Of a DNA stretch of 64,000 bases, positions 49,855 to 59,490 are shown piece after piece. Origin of the DNA: Candidatus Micrarchaeota archaeon (lineage in GTDB: Archaea; B1Sed10-29; JAJRYS01). The stretch is taken from assembly GCA_964643685.1 (NCBI GenBank), contig CAZXTN010000001.1:96001-160000 (forward strand). The letters are read 5' to 3'. Both the position numbers and the translations under genes were made by a program. The notes under the pieces were generated by a model that saw nothing but the letters and a program-made list of their open reading frames with translations, had not been told where the DNA came from and did not search any database. How positions within the stretch are numbered: position 1 is the stretch's first letter; every line of letters starts with the position of its first letter.

Positions 49855-50406
49855 GATATGACTACTATGATAAATTCATTGACAAAAAAACAATAGGGAT
49901 AAGAGACATAACTCCCATATTTTACAAAAAAAAAGGCATTCAACCAACTAATCAAAGACATGTCAAAACCATTTAAAAAACAAAAAATAGATAAAATAGC
50001 AGCTATTGACGCAATGGGATTTATACTCGGCTCAGCAATGGCTCTAGAATTAAAAACAGGATTTGTGCCAATAAGAAAAGAAGAAAGATTACCTGGAATG
50101 AAAAAAATAAGCACTTCATTCATAGATTTCAGCAAGAAGAAAAAAGCACTTGAAATAAACCAAGCATCAATTAAAAAAAATGAAAAAATATTAATAGTAG
50201 ATGACTGGATGGAAACAGGCTCACAAATAAGAGCAGCAATCAAGCTAATTCAAAAACAAAAAGGAAAAGTAATAGGCATAAGCCTCTTTGCAGCAGAAAA
50301 AAAAGAAGAAACAAAAGAACTGTTTGACAAATACAAAATAAAAGCAGTAGGAGTATTTGAAGGAGAAGAACTTGAAAGAATAAAAAAACAAATAAAAAGG
50401 TATTAA
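49851..50406 (+). pseudogene. apt: Adenine phosphoribosyltransferase-like gene with a frameshift near 49920-49934
   Basis: RDITPIF lies in the frame of ATG 49851; AFNQLI, IDAMGF, PIRK and LIVDDWMETG lie in the +1 frame; T4 and A9 runs at the junction. Confidence 0.75.
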
Positions 50407-50433
50407 GGAGTATAATAACTATAAAAAATAAAA

Positions 50434-50627
50434 GCGGTGGTCGCATAGTCCCTCGTAAAAACGAAGTTTTTTCGTTGGGTGCAATGGCTATTGCGCCAGC
50501 CTGGAAACAACCCATAAAAATACAAAAAGGTTGACTGCAAGCTGGTGTCCTCCGGGGCACGCGAGTTCAAGTTTGCGACAAGGTTCCCTCGTCGAACTTT
50601 TCGCAAGCGAAAATCTCGCCCACCGCG
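50434..50627 (+). tRNA. tRNA-Ser(GGA) with three introns: 15/16 50449-50484, 37/38 50507-50539, 59/60 50572-50613
   Basis: GCGGTGG/CCACCGC-G; CCAGC-CT-GGA-A|...|A-GCTGG; variable arm TGTCCTCCGGGGC as in Ser(TGA). Confidence 0.9.
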
Positions 50628-50650
50628 CTTTAGAAAGATAAATCAAAACG

Positions 50651-50658
50651 TTTATAAA
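50651..50658 (+). promoter_or_regulatory. TATA box of the rps13 operon
   Basis: AAAACG-TTTATAAA about 125 nt upstream of rps13. Confidence 0.6.
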
Positions 50659-50781
50659 TGAATTGAATTACAAATAATACACTTAAAAATTCTTTTTAAA
50701 AAAAGTCGGCGAGCTCCTTAAAAGCGATGACCTACTGGAAACAAAACTAATTCAAAAAAAAATTGGAAAAAAAGATGCAAG

Positions 50782-51363
50782 ATGGCTAAAGTTAAAGAAG
50801 TTAAAAAAGAAAAACCTAAGCAGGAAAAGCAGAAAAAGAAAATTGTCCAGGAAAATTCAGAATTTAAAGGAAGGTTAAGGATAGCTGGAAAAGAAGTAAA
50901 AGGGCAGTATTCTATTAAAAAAGCAATTAGTCAAATAAGAGGAATTGGAACTAATTTAGCTGACACTCTTGAAAAAATTATAATTAAAAAATTAAACCTT
51001 AAAGAAAATGAAAAAATAGGAAACTTGACAGATGAGCAGTTAGATGAACTTGAAAAAATAATAGCAAATCCGAAAGAAAACGGAGTACCTGCTTGGATGT
51101 TGAACAGAAAAAAAGACCCTGAAACAGGAGAAGATAAGCATTTAATATCATCAGATCTTGACTTCCAGAAAAAACAAGACATAAAAGGATTAATTAAAAT
51201 AAAGGCATACCGCGGAGTAAGGCACATGTATGGATTGACATCAAGAGGACAGAGGACAAAAACAAGCGGAAGAAAAGGATTAACTCTTGGAGTACAGAGG
51301 AAGAAAAACAAGCCTGCTCAGAAGAAGAAATCAAGCGGGCAATCAAGTGGAAAAAAGAAATAA
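50782..51363 (+). CDS. rps13: 30S ribosomal protein uS13
   Basis: IRGIG, P.WMLNR.KD.ETG, YRGVRH..GL..RGQRT. Confidence 0.96.
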   Translation: MAKVKEVKKEKPKQEKQKKKIVQENSEFKGRLRIAGKEVKGQYSIKKAISQIRGIGTNLADTLEKIIIKKLNLKENEKIGNLTDEQLDELEKIIANPKENGVPAWMLNRKKDPETGEDKHLISSDLDFQKKQDIKGLIKIKAYRGVRHMYGLTSRGQRTKTSGRKGLTLGVQRKKNKPAQKKKSSGQSSGKKK

Positions 51364-51376
51364 AAAAAGTGATTAA

Positions 51377-52144
51377 ATGGGTTCGCCAAGAAAACTAAGG
51401 AAAAAATACAACACCCCCTCACATCCATGGGAAAAAGAAAGAATAAAAGAAGAAAACAGGTTCCTTAAAGAATATGGGTTGAAAAACAAAAGAGAAATTT
51501 GGAAAGCAAAAACCATGCTTAAAAAGTACAGGCAACAAGCAAGAGAATTAGTAGGTTTGTCAGGAGAAGAGAGAAAAGAAGCTGAACAAATACTTGTGTC
51601 AAAACTTCAAAGATTAGGTTTACTGCAAAAAGAAGCAGGATTAGATGAAATTTTATCCTTAAAAGTAGAAGACTTGCTATCAAGAAGACTACAGACAATT
51701 GTATGGAAAAAAGGATTGGCATTAAGCCCAAAGCAAGCAAGACAATTCATAACACACGGTCATATCTCATTAAATGGAAGAAAAGTAACAGCACCTGGAA
51801 TGATGATAAAAGTAGAAGAAGAAAAAGAAATTGACTGGTATGGCAAACCAATTGAATTGCAGTACCCTAAAAAAGACACTACTCTTGAAGTAATTGAAAA
51901 AGAAGCAAAAAAAGACAAGGAAACGACAAAATTAGAAGAAAAAGCAGCTGAAGAAATAATTGAAGAAGAGCAAGCAAAAGAGGAGAAACAAGAGAAAGAG
52001 GAAGAAAAAGAAGCAGCTGAAACAGCAGAAGAAATTCAAGAAGAAAAAGAAAAAACAATAAAAGAAATAGCAGAAGAAGCAAAACCAACACCAGAAGAAA
52101 AACAAGCAGCAGAAGAGGTAAAAAAAGAAGCAGAAAGTGAATGA
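51377..52144 (+). CDS. rps4: 30S ribosomal protein uS4 with acidic C-tail
   Basis: [25 protein letters not shown]; ~90 aa E/K-rich extension. Confidence 0.96.
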   Translation: MGSPRKLRKKYNTPSHPWEKERIKEENRFLKEYGLKNKREIWKAKTMLKKYRQQARELVGLSGEERKEAEQILVSKLQRLGLLQKEAGLDEILSLKVEDLLSRRLQTIVWKKGLALSPKQARQFITHGHISLNGRKVTAPGMMIKVEEEKEIDWYGKPIELQYPKKDTTLEVIEKEAKKDKETTKLEEKAAEEIIEEEQAKEEKQEKEEEKEAAETAEEIQEEKEKTIKEIAEEAKPTPEEKQAAEEVKKEAESE

Positions 52145-52146
52145 TT

Positions 52147-52542
52147 ATGGCAGCTAAAAAAGACATTTGGGCAGTAGCACATATTTACTCATCAAAAAAC
52201 AATACAATAATAACAATAACAGACTTGACGGGAGCAGAAACAATAGCAAAATGCTCAGGTGGAATGGTTACTGACTCTCAGAGAAAAGAAGGAGCAGCTT
52301 CAACAGCAATGGTAGCAGCTCAAAAAGTAGCAGAAGTATGCAAAAACAGAAACATTTACGGATTACATATTCAAGTAAGAGCCCCAGGCGGACACAAGTC
52401 AAAAATGCCAGGACAAGGAGCACAAGCAACAATAAGAGCCCTTGCAAGAAGCGGAATAAGAATAGGCAGAATAGAAGACGTGACCCCAATCCCACATGAC
52501 ACGACACAAAAACCAGGTGGAAAAAGAGGAAGAAGAGTATGA
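52147..52542 (+). CDS. rps11: 30S ribosomal protein uS11
   Basis: [27 protein letters not shown]. Confidence 0.97.
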   Translation: MAAKKDIWAVAHIYSSKNNTIITITDLTGAETIAKCSGGMVTDSQRKEGAASTAMVAAQKVAEVCKNRNIYGLHIQVRAPGGHKSKMPGQGAQATIRALARSGIRIGRIEDVTPIPHDTTQKPGGKRGRRV

Positions 52543-53132
52543 GCATGAAAATTGAAAACATAAAAGAAAAAGGAGACAAGATCACATTTACTTTAAAAGG
52601 ACCTGTTGAATTAGCAAACGCAATAAGAAGAACAGCAATGGCAGAAGTTCCAACAATGGCAATAGATGAAATAGACGTGTATGAAAATACTTCAAGCTTG
52701 TTTGATGAATTCATCGCCCACAGGCTAGGAATGATCCCATTAACAACTGACCTTAAAACATACGACATAAACAGCAAGTCAGAAAACAAAAAATCAGTCA
52801 TAATAAGTTTAGACATTCAAGGGCCAGGAGTGTTTTACTCAAAAGAACTTAAATCAAAAGACCCTGCAGTAAAACCAGTCTACGACACAATCCCAATAAT
52901 AGAATTAGCAGAAGGGCAAGCCCTTAGAATAGAAGCAAAAGCAAGACTAGGCAGAGCAAAAGAACATGCCAAGTTCCAATCATGCCTATGCTACTACAAG
53001 GAAAAAAAGCCAGATGAAGAATACCAAGTAACAATAGAAAGCTACGGAAACCACAAGCCTAAAACAGTGCTCGAAGAAACAATAAAAATACTGAAAAGCA
53101 AAGCAGAAGAACTTGAAAAGCAACTAAAATAA
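52539..53132 (+). CDS. rpoD: RNA polymerase subunit Rpo3 (D), short form without Fe-S insert
   Basis: ANAIRR...[24 protein letters not shown]. Confidence 0.95.
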   Translation: MSMKIENIKEKGDKITFTLKGPVELANAIRRTAMAEVPTMAIDEIDVYENTSSLFDEFIAHRLGMIPLTTDLKTYDINSKSENKKSVIISLDIQGPGVFYSKELKSKDPAVKPVYDTIPIIELAEGQALRIEAKARLGRAKEHAKFQSCLCYYKEKKPDEEYQVTIESYGNHKPKTVLEETIKILKSKAEELEKQLK

Positions 53133-53151
53133 CAAAAGGTGCTAAGTTAAA

Positions 53152-53487
53152 ATGAAAAAAGGAACAACTAACCCGGAATTAAAAAAACTCATAATTACCT
53201 TGAAAAAAACAAAAAAACCAGCATTCATAAAAATAGCTGAAATGCTGGAAAAGCCAAACAGAAAAAGGCCAGAAGTCAATTTATGGAAAATAAACAAACA
53301 CGCAAAAGAAGGAGAATTAATAATAGTGCCAGGAAAAGTACTTGCTCACGGTGAACTTACAAAAAAATTAACAATAGCTTCATTCAACGCATCAAAAAAA
53401 GCAATTGAAAAAATAAACAAAACAGGCAAATACATCAAAATACAAGATGCATTAAAAGAAAAAGCGAGAATAAGAATAATGGGATGA
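53152..53487 (+). CDS. rpl18e: 50S ribosomal protein eL18
   Basis: TNP.L, EVNL.KI, VPGKVL..G. Confidence 0.95.
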   Translation: MKKGTTNPELKKLIITLKKTKKPAFIKIAEMLEKPNRKRPEVNLWKINKHAKEGELIIVPGKVLAHGELTKKLTIASFNASKKAIEKINKTGKYIKIQDALKEKARIRIMG

Positions 53488-53494
53488 ACAAAAA

Positions 53495-53917
53495 ATGATA
53501 ATCATAGACGGCGAAAACAGCATAATGGGAAGACTCGGAGCAAAAGTAGCAAAAGAACTCCTAAAAGGAGAAGAAGTCAGAATAATAAACGCTGAAAAAA
53601 TAATCATAACAGGAAACCCAAAAAACACCGTGGAAAAATACATGCAAAGAAGAAACTTAAGAGACCCAGCAAAACCAGAAAAAAGCAGGAAAACACCAAG
53701 ACGCCCTGACTTATTCGTAAAAAGAATAATAAGAGGAATGCTTCCATACAAGTCAAAAAAAGGACAAGAAGCATACAGAAGACTCCTAGTGCACATTGGA
53801 ACGCCAAAAGAATATGAAGGAAAAGCAGTCAGAATAGCAGAGTCAAAATCAAACACAAGCGATTACAAATACATTACAATTGAAAAACTATGCAAAGAAC
53901 TAGGATGGAAAGGATGA
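53495..53917 (+). CDS. rpl13: 50S ribosomal protein uL13
   Basis: MGRL..VAK, NAEK..ITG, IRGMLP. Confidence 0.96.
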   Translation: MIIIDGENSIMGRLGAKVAKELLKGEEVRIINAEKIIITGNPKNTVEKYMQRRNLRDPAKPEKSRKTPRRPDLFVKRIIRGMLPYKSKKGQEAYRRLLVHIGTPKEYEGKAVRIAESKSNTSDYKYITIEKLCKELGWKG

Positions 53918-53922
53918 GAAAA

Positions 53923-54354
53923 ATGGCAGTAAAGAAAAAAGAAAAGATAGTAGTTACAAAAGGAAAAAAGAAAAAAGCAGTAGCAAGAGTAAGAATAAGA
54001 GAAGGCAAAGGAGCAATAAGAATAAACAGGAAGCTAATAGACTCAATTGAAGAAAATTACTCAAAAGAAGTCATACTTGAACCAATAAAAATAGCAGAAG
54101 AAGTGCTTGGAAACAACTTCTACGAAAAACTAGACATAAGCATAAACGCGCAAGGAGGAGGAATAATGGGCCAAGCACACGCAGCAAGAACAGCCCTAGG
54201 AAAAGCGCTTATAGAATGGACAGGAAATGAAAAACTAAAAGAAAAATACTTAGAATATGACCGTTCACTTGTAATAGATGACATAAGACAGAAAGAACCT
54301 AAGAAGTACTTAAGAAAAGGAGCAAGAGCAAAACCAATCAAATCATACAGGTAA
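53923..54354 (+). CDS. rps9: 30S ribosomal protein uS9
   Basis: GK.K.AVAR, GGG.MGQA.A.R, GARAK..KSYR. Confidence 0.96.
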   Translation: MAVKKKEKIVVTKGKKKKAVARVRIREGKGAIRINRKLIDSIEENYSKEVILEPIKIAEEVLGNNFYEKLDISINAQGGGIMGQAHAARTALGKALIEWTGNEKLKEKYLEYDRSLVIDDIRQKEPKKYLRKGARAKPIKSYR

Positions 54355-54367
54355 AGAGGTAAAAAAG

Positions 54368-54562
54368 ATGATAATACCAGTAAGATGCTTTTCATGCGGA
54401 AAGCCAATAGCACAACATTGGGATGAATACCAGAAAAAAATAGCTGAAGGCCAAACACCTGAAACAGCACTAAATGACCTGGGAATTGAAAGATACTGCT
54501 GCAGAAGAATGTTCCTCTCACACAAGGATTACCTGAAAGAAATAATCAAATACAAAAAATAA
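54368..54562 (+). CDS. rpoN: RNA polymerase subunit Rpo10 (N)
   Basis: IPVRCFSCGK, RYCCRRM. Confidence 0.97.
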   Translation: MIIPVRCFSCGKPIAQHWDEYQKKIAEGQTPETALNDLGIERYCCRRMFLSHKDYLKEIIKYKK

Positions 54563-54569
54563 AAAAAGA

Positions 54570-55748
54570 GTGTTTTCCTTGATAAAAAAAATAATAATCA
54601 GAAAAATAAAAAACTCAAAAAAAGAAGACACCATAGAAACAACAATAACCACAAACAAAGGAAAAACAAAAGCATCAGCTCCTTCTGGAACATCAGCAGG
54701 AAAACATGAAGTAAAAGCATACAACAAAACAATTGAAAACTCAATAAAAGAAGCAAAACAAGTTCTTCCGAAACTAATAGGCGAAGACGAAACAAACCAA
54801 GAAGAAATAGACGAGTTCTTGAAAAGCAACATAAAAAAGATAGGCGGAAGCATAGCAATAGCCACTTCAATAGCAATCGCAAGAGCAGGCGCAAAAAAAC
54901 AAAAAAAACAACTATACCAATACATCAACAAAGGAGAAGAATACTCAAAACCAATAATGCTAGGAAAATGCATAGGAGGAGGAGCGCATGCAAAAAACTC
55001 GACAACAATACAAGAATTCCTCAGCATACCCCTAACAGAAAACATGCGCAAAGCAGTGAAGATAAACAAGATAGTTCACAAAGAAACAGCAAGAATACTG
55101 AAAAACTACAAAGGATTCACTAAAAAACTAGACTATGAAGGAGGATGGACAGCAAACATAACAGACGAAAACGCCCTAGGAGTATTATCAAGCGCAATTG
55201 AAAGAACAAGCAAAAAAACAAAAACAAACATCGCGTTAGGAATAGACGTCGCAGCAAGCGAATTCTGGGACGGAAAAAAATACAAATACAAAAAACACTC
55301 AAAAACACCAAAACAACACTATGACTTCATAAAATACTTAATAAAAGAATATGACATTTACTACATAGAAGACCCATTCCATGAAGAAGACTTCAAGTCA
55401 ACAGCAAAGTTAACAAAACAATTCAAAGACAGGCTAATAGTCGGAGACGACTTGTTCACAACAAACCCTAAACGCCTCAAAAAAGGCATAAAATTAAAAG
55501 CAGGAAATTCAATAATAATCAAGCCAAACCAAATAGGCACATTGACAGAAGCTTATGAAACAGTTGAAATTGCAAAAAATAACGCTTACACGCCAGTGAT
55601 CTCGCATCGCTCAGGCGAAACCAAAGATCCAGCAATAGCGGATCTTGCTGTTGGATGGGGCATCCCTTTCATCAAAATAGGAATAAAAGGAAAAGAAAGG
55701 GAAGCAAAAACCAACAGATTGATAAAAATAGAGAAGGTGATGAAATGA
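54570..55748 (+). CDS. eno: Enolase (short, divergent)
   Basis: PSGTS.G.HE, DVAASE, IEDPF, VGDDLFTTN, KPNQIGT, SHRSGET. Confidence 0.93.
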   Translation: MFSLIKKIIIRKIKNSKKEDTIETTITTNKGKTKASAPSGTSAGKHEVKAYNKTIENSIKEAKQVLPKLIGEDETNQEEIDEFLKSNIKKIGGSIAIATSIAIARAGAKKQKKQLYQYINKGEEYSKPIMLGKCIGGGAHAKNSTTIQEFLSIPLTENMRKAVKINKIVHKETARILKNYKGFTKKLDYEGGWTANITDENALGVLSSAIERTSKKTKTNIALGIDVAASEFWDGKKYKYKKHSKTPKQHYDFIKYLIKEYDIYYIEDPFHEEDFKSTAKLTKQFKDRLIVGDDLFTTNPKRLKKGIKLKAGNSIIIKPNQIGTLTEAYETVEIAKNNAYTPVISHRSGETKDPAIADLAVGWGIPFIKIGIKGKEREAKTNRLIKIEKVMK

Positions 55749-56434
55749 AAAAAAATGAAAAACAGCAAACAGCCCCAGATGAAATGACAATAGAAAAATC
55801 CCTAGTGCCCCTTGAAAAATACCTGGAAGCAGGAGTGCACATCGGCTCAAAATACAAGTCAGGGCAAATGAGAAAATTCATATATAAAATAAGAAACGAT
55901 GGGCTCTGCATACTAAACATAAACGAGTTAAACAAAAGAATAGCAATAGCAGCAAAATTCCTGGCACAATACGAGCCATCAGACATACTAGTAGTAGCAG
56001 GAAGAAACTACTCACAAAAACCAGCAAAAGTATTTGCTGAAACAATCGGAGCAAAATATATAATAGGAAGATTCATACCAGGAACCCTAACAAACCCTGA
56101 AAACGAAAACTTCATAGAACCAAAAATACTATTCACAGCAGACCCACCAGTAGACAGGCAAGCAATAAAAGAAGCAAAAAAAGCAAAAATACCAGTAATT
56201 TCACTATGCGACACAAGCAATCTCACAAAAAACATAGACTTAGTAATACCATGCAACAACAAAGGAAAAAAATCAATAGCATTAATCTACTGGATACTAG
56301 CAAGAGAATACCTAAAACTAAAAGGAATCATCGAATCAGACAAACAATTTGAAAAAACACCAGCTGACTTCGAAACAAGAATAAAAAGAACAAACAAAGA
56401 AAGAGACACAAGAAGAAGATTCCAAAGAAGGTAA
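55745..56434 (+). CDS. rps2: 30S ribosomal protein uS2
   Basis: YLEAGVHIG, GRFIPGTLTNP, IPCNNKG. Confidence 0.96.
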   Translation: MKKNEKQQTAPDEMTIEKSLVPLEKYLEAGVHIGSKYKSGQMRKFIYKIRNDGLCILNINELNKRIAIAAKFLAQYEPSDILVVAGRNYSQKPAKVFAETIGAKYIIGRFIPGTLTNPENENFIEPKILFTADPPVDRQAIKEAKKAKIPVISLCDTSNLTKNIDLVIPCNNKGKKSIALIYWILAREYLKLKGIIESDKQFEKTPADFETRIKRTNKERDTRRRFQRR

Positions 56435-56450
56435 ACAAAAAACCTTCATC

Positions 56451-56468
56451 CCCTTTTTTTATTTATTT
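56451..56468 (+). terminator. Oligo-T tract terminator after rps2
   Basis: CCCTTTTTTTATTTATTT in an otherwise T-poor strand. Confidence 0.55.
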
Positions 56469-56524
56469 AAGCATAAATAATAAGTCTACTTCTTGTTTTA
56501 AAAAAAACAAAAACCTATAAACAA

Positions 56525-57748
56525 ATGAGTAAAATGAAAGAGTTAATCAGAAAACACGCCTTAAAAAACGCATTAGAACATGAAGGAAAAGCAGCACCAG
56601 GCGCAGTGATAAACAGGGTCCTAGGAGAAAACCCAGAGCTAAAAAAAGACATGAAAACACTAGGACAAGCAGTAAAACAAGAAATAGAAAAAGTAAACCA
56701 AATGACTCTAAAAGAAATAAAACAAGAGCTTGAACAAAAACACCCTGAACTGCTTGAAAAAAAAGACGAAGAAAGAAGAGACTTACCTGAACTGCCAGGC
56801 GACACTTCAAAAGTAGTCATGAGAATGGCTCCAAACCCAAACGGTCCACTGCACTTAGGACACGCAAGACAAGCTATACTCAACTGGTTCTACGTAAAAA
56901 AATACAATGGAAAATACATACTAAGATTCGACGACACTGACCCAAAAAACAAAGTGCCACTAAAAGAAGCATATGACTGGATAATAGAAGACCTAAAATG
57001 GCTAGGCATAAAACCCGACGAAATACTTTACGCCTCAGACAGGCTAGATCTTTACTACAAATACGCTGAAAAATTAATTGAAATGGAAAAAGCATACATC
57101 TGCACGTGCCCACCTGAAAAATTCAGAGAATTAAAAAACAAAGGAGAACCATGCCAATGCAGGAACCTGCCAAAAGAAGAGCAGATGAAAAGATGGAAAA
57201 AAATGTTCACAGAATACAAAGAAGGAGAAGCAGTATACAGAGTAAAAACAGACTTGAAAGACCCAAACCCTGCTCTGCGCGACTGGCCTGGATTTAGAAT
57301 AATTGAAAACAACAAACACCCACGCAACAAAAACGCAAGAGTATGGCCATTGCTTAACTTCAACTCATCAATAGACGACCACCTCACAGGAGTCACGCAT
57401 ATAATAAGAGGAAGAGACCTTGACTTCACAGAACACCAGCAAAAATACTTATACAATCACTTCAACTGGAAATACCCAGAAACAATAGTTACAGGAAAAC
57501 TAAACCTAGAAGGAGCAATACTAAGCTCGTCAGAAATAAAAAAAGGAATACAAGAAGGAAAATACACAGGCTGGGACGACAAACGACTAGGAACGCTAAA
57601 AGCATTGAGAAAAAAAGGACTAAAACCAGAAGCAATAAAACAACTAATCTGGGACCTTGGAGTCAGAAAAAACAACGCCACAGTAACATGGGCAAACATA
57701 GAAGCAGCTGCAAAAAAAGCAGAAAAAAACAAGACATACAAAGAATAA
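56525..57748 (+). CDS. gltX: Glutamyl-tRNA synthetase, apparently without C-terminal anticodon-binding domain
   Basis: APNPNGPLHLGH, LRFDDTDP, DDHL.GVTHIIRG, ILSSS, GWDD.RL.TL; only 407 aa. Confidence 0.9.
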   Translation: MSKMKELIRKHALKNALEHEGKAAPGAVINRVLGENPELKKDMKTLGQAVKQEIEKVNQMTLKEIKQELEQKHPELLEKKDEERRDLPELPGDTSKVVMRMAPNPNGPLHLGHARQAILNWFYVKKYNGKYILRFDDTDPKNKVPLKEAYDWIIEDLKWLGIKPDEILYASDRLDLYYKYAEKLIEMEKAYICTCPPEKFRELKNKGEPCQCRNLPKEEQMKRWKKMFTEYKEGEAVYRVKTDLKDPNPALRDWPGFRIIENNKHPRNKNARVWPLLNFNSSIDDHLTGVTHIIRGRDLDFTEHQQKYLYNHFNWKYPETIVTGKLNLEGAILSSSEIKKGIQEGKYTGWDDKRLGTLKALRKKGLKPEAIKQLIWDLGVRKNNATVTWANIEAAAKKAEKNKTYKE

Positions 57749-57751
57749 ACC

Positions 57752-57759
57752 TTTATAAA
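57752..57759 (+). promoter_or_regulatory. TATA box of the rpl7ae operon
   Basis: TTTATAAA just after the gltX stop, about 95 nt before the ATG. Confidence 0.6.
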
Positions 57760-57852
57760 TGACAAAATTGAAAAAAATAATACTCATTCTCAAAAAAAGC
57801 CAATGAGTTTTAAGCAGCGTAAAAAACTGCAATGAAAAAGGAGGAATTAAAA

Positions 57853-58221
57853 ATGGCAAGCCCATACGTGAAATTCAAAGTACCTAAAGAAATAGCAGAA
57901 CAAACATACCAAGCAGTTGAAAAAGCAAGAGACACAGGAAAAATCAAAAAAGGAGTAAACGAAGCAACAAAAGCAGTTGAAAGAGCAACAGCAAAACTAG
58001 TTGTGATAGCAGAAGACGTAGCACCACCAGAAATAGTTGCATACCTGCCAATACTCTGCGAAGAAAAGAAAATACCCTACACATTCATCCCAACAAAAAA
58101 AGAACTAGGAAAAGCAGCAGGAATAAAAGTAGGAACAACAGCAATAGCAATAATAGAAGAAGGAAGCGCAAAACAACTTGTTGAAAACATTGCAAAAAAA
58201 GTCGAAGAACTGAAAAAATAA
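57853..58221 (+). CDS. rpl7ae: Ribosomal protein eL8 (L7Ae)
   Basis: [22 protein letters not shown]; GGAGG RBS. Confidence 0.97.
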   Translation: MASPYVKFKVPKEIAEQTYQAVEKARDTGKIKKGVNEATKAVERATAKLVVIAEDVAPPEIVAYLPILCEEKKIPYTFIPTKKELGKAAGIKVGTTAIAIIEEGSAKQLVENIAKKVEELKK

Positions 58222-58236
58222 GGGGATGAATAAAAA

Positions 58237-58446
58237 ATGGCAGACGACGCAGTACCAGCACAAGTAATGGAAATAATAGGAAAAACCGGCGTACACGGCG
58301 AAATATGGCAAGTCATGGTAAAAATACTAGAAGGAAGAGACAAGGGGAGAATCATAAGAAGAAACGTAAAAGGACCAGTAAGAAAAGACGACTTGCTAAT
58401 GCTAATAGACACAGAAACAGAAGCAAAACCAATAAGAGGACGCTAA
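58237..58446 (+). CDS. rps28e: 30S ribosomal protein eS28
   Basis: [16 protein letters not shown]. Confidence 0.96.
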   Translation: MADDAVPAQVMEIIGKTGVHGEIWQVMVKILEGRDKGRIIRRNVKGPVRKDDLLMLIDTETEAKPIRGR

Positions 58447-58449
58447 ATA

Positions 58450-58516
58450 GGTGAAAATAAATGAAATCAATCGCAAAAGAAGGATATGAAAGCTCAAGAT
58501 TTCATTTTCTTACTAT
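58450..58516 (+). repeat. Copy of rpl24e RBS/start fused to TCAATCGC...GCTCAA hairpin module
   Basis: GGTGAAAATAAATGAAAT versus GGTGAAAGCAAATGAAAT (58524-58541); stem AAATGAAATC/GATTTCATTT. Confidence 0.8.
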
Positions 58517-58534
58517 AAAGAAAGGTGAAAGCAA

Positions 58535-58717
58535 ATGAAATGTTCATTTTGTAAACAAGAAATACCAAAAGGAAGCGGAAAACTCTACGTGCTGAAAGAC
58601 GGCACTAGATATTACTTCTGCTCCAGCAAATGCCAAAACAATATGCTTAAACTCAAAAGAAAACCAAGAAAAGTAAAATGGATAACAAAAAAGAAAAAAG
58701 AGGAGAAAAAGCAATGA
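58535..58717 (+). CDS. rpl24e: 50S ribosomal protein eL24
   Basis: CSFC...I..G.G, FCSSKC, PRKVKW. Confidence 0.96.
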   Translation: MKCSFCKQEIPKGSGKLYVLKDGTRYYFCSSKCQNNMLKLKRKPRKVKWITKKKKEEKKQ

Positions 58718-59379
58718 CTAAAAACTACATATTCCTAGGAAGACCAGGTTCAGGAAAAGGAACATACTCAACAAAAGTAGCAAAAGAACTGAACATCCCA
58801 CACATCTCAACAGGAGACATCTTCAGAGAGAACATAAAACAACAAACAGAACTAGGGAAAAAAATACAAGAATTAGTAAAAGAAGGAAAACTAGTTCCAG
58901 ACGGGATAGTCAACGAAATAGCAAAAAACAGATTAGAGCAAGAGGACTGCAAAGAAGGATTTATACTAGACGGATACCCAAGAACAATACAACAAGCAGA
59001 AACACTAGACACATACAAAAAAATAGACAAAGTACTAAACATAGACGTTCCAGAAGAAGTAATCATAAGAAGAATAACAACAAGAAGAGTATGCAAAAAC
59101 TGCGGAGCTGTATACAACATACTGACACTAAAACCAAAACAAGAAGGAATCTGCGACAAATGCGGAGGAGAATTATACCAACGCCCAGACGACACAGAAG
59201 AAGCAGTAAAAATAAGGCTACAGGAATACGAAAACTTAACACAACCATTAATAAAATATTACGAAGAAAAAGGCATTCTCAGAACAGTAAAATACGACAA
59301 GTCCATGATACCAGAAGGAGAAATGGACATACCAATAGAAGTAATGCTTCAGAAGATACTAGACATTCTAAAACAATAA
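58714..59379 (+). CDS. adk: Adenylate kinase (bacterial-type, Zn lid)
   Basis: GRPGSGKGT, HISTGDIFR, GFILDGYPR, C..C...CDKCGGELYQRPDD. Confidence 0.95.
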   Translation: MTKNYIFLGRPGSGKGTYSTKVAKELNIPHISTGDIFRENIKQQTELGKKIQELVKEGKLVPDGIVNEIAKNRLEQEDCKEGFILDGYPRTIQQAETLDTYKKIDKVLNIDVPEEVIIRRITTRRVCKNCGAVYNILTLKPKQEGICDKCGGELYQRPDDTEEAVKIRLQEYENLTQPLIKYYEEKGILRTVKYDKSMIPEGEMDIPIEVMLQKILDILKQ

Positions 59380-59490
59380 AAAAACAACAGCAAGCAAGAA
59401 AGCAATTAAAAAAAAGGAATGTCCTCCGGCTTAACACCAAACAAAAACCAAGCTGAGGAACTAATTAAAAAAAGAAACAGATGAAAAAAA

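Noticed and set aside
59419-59460. Hairpin TCCTC..GCTT/AAGC.GAGGA starting at ATGTCC before infB (ATGAGC), a possible further start-duplication element
   Set aside because: The match to the infB start is too short to distinguish from chance
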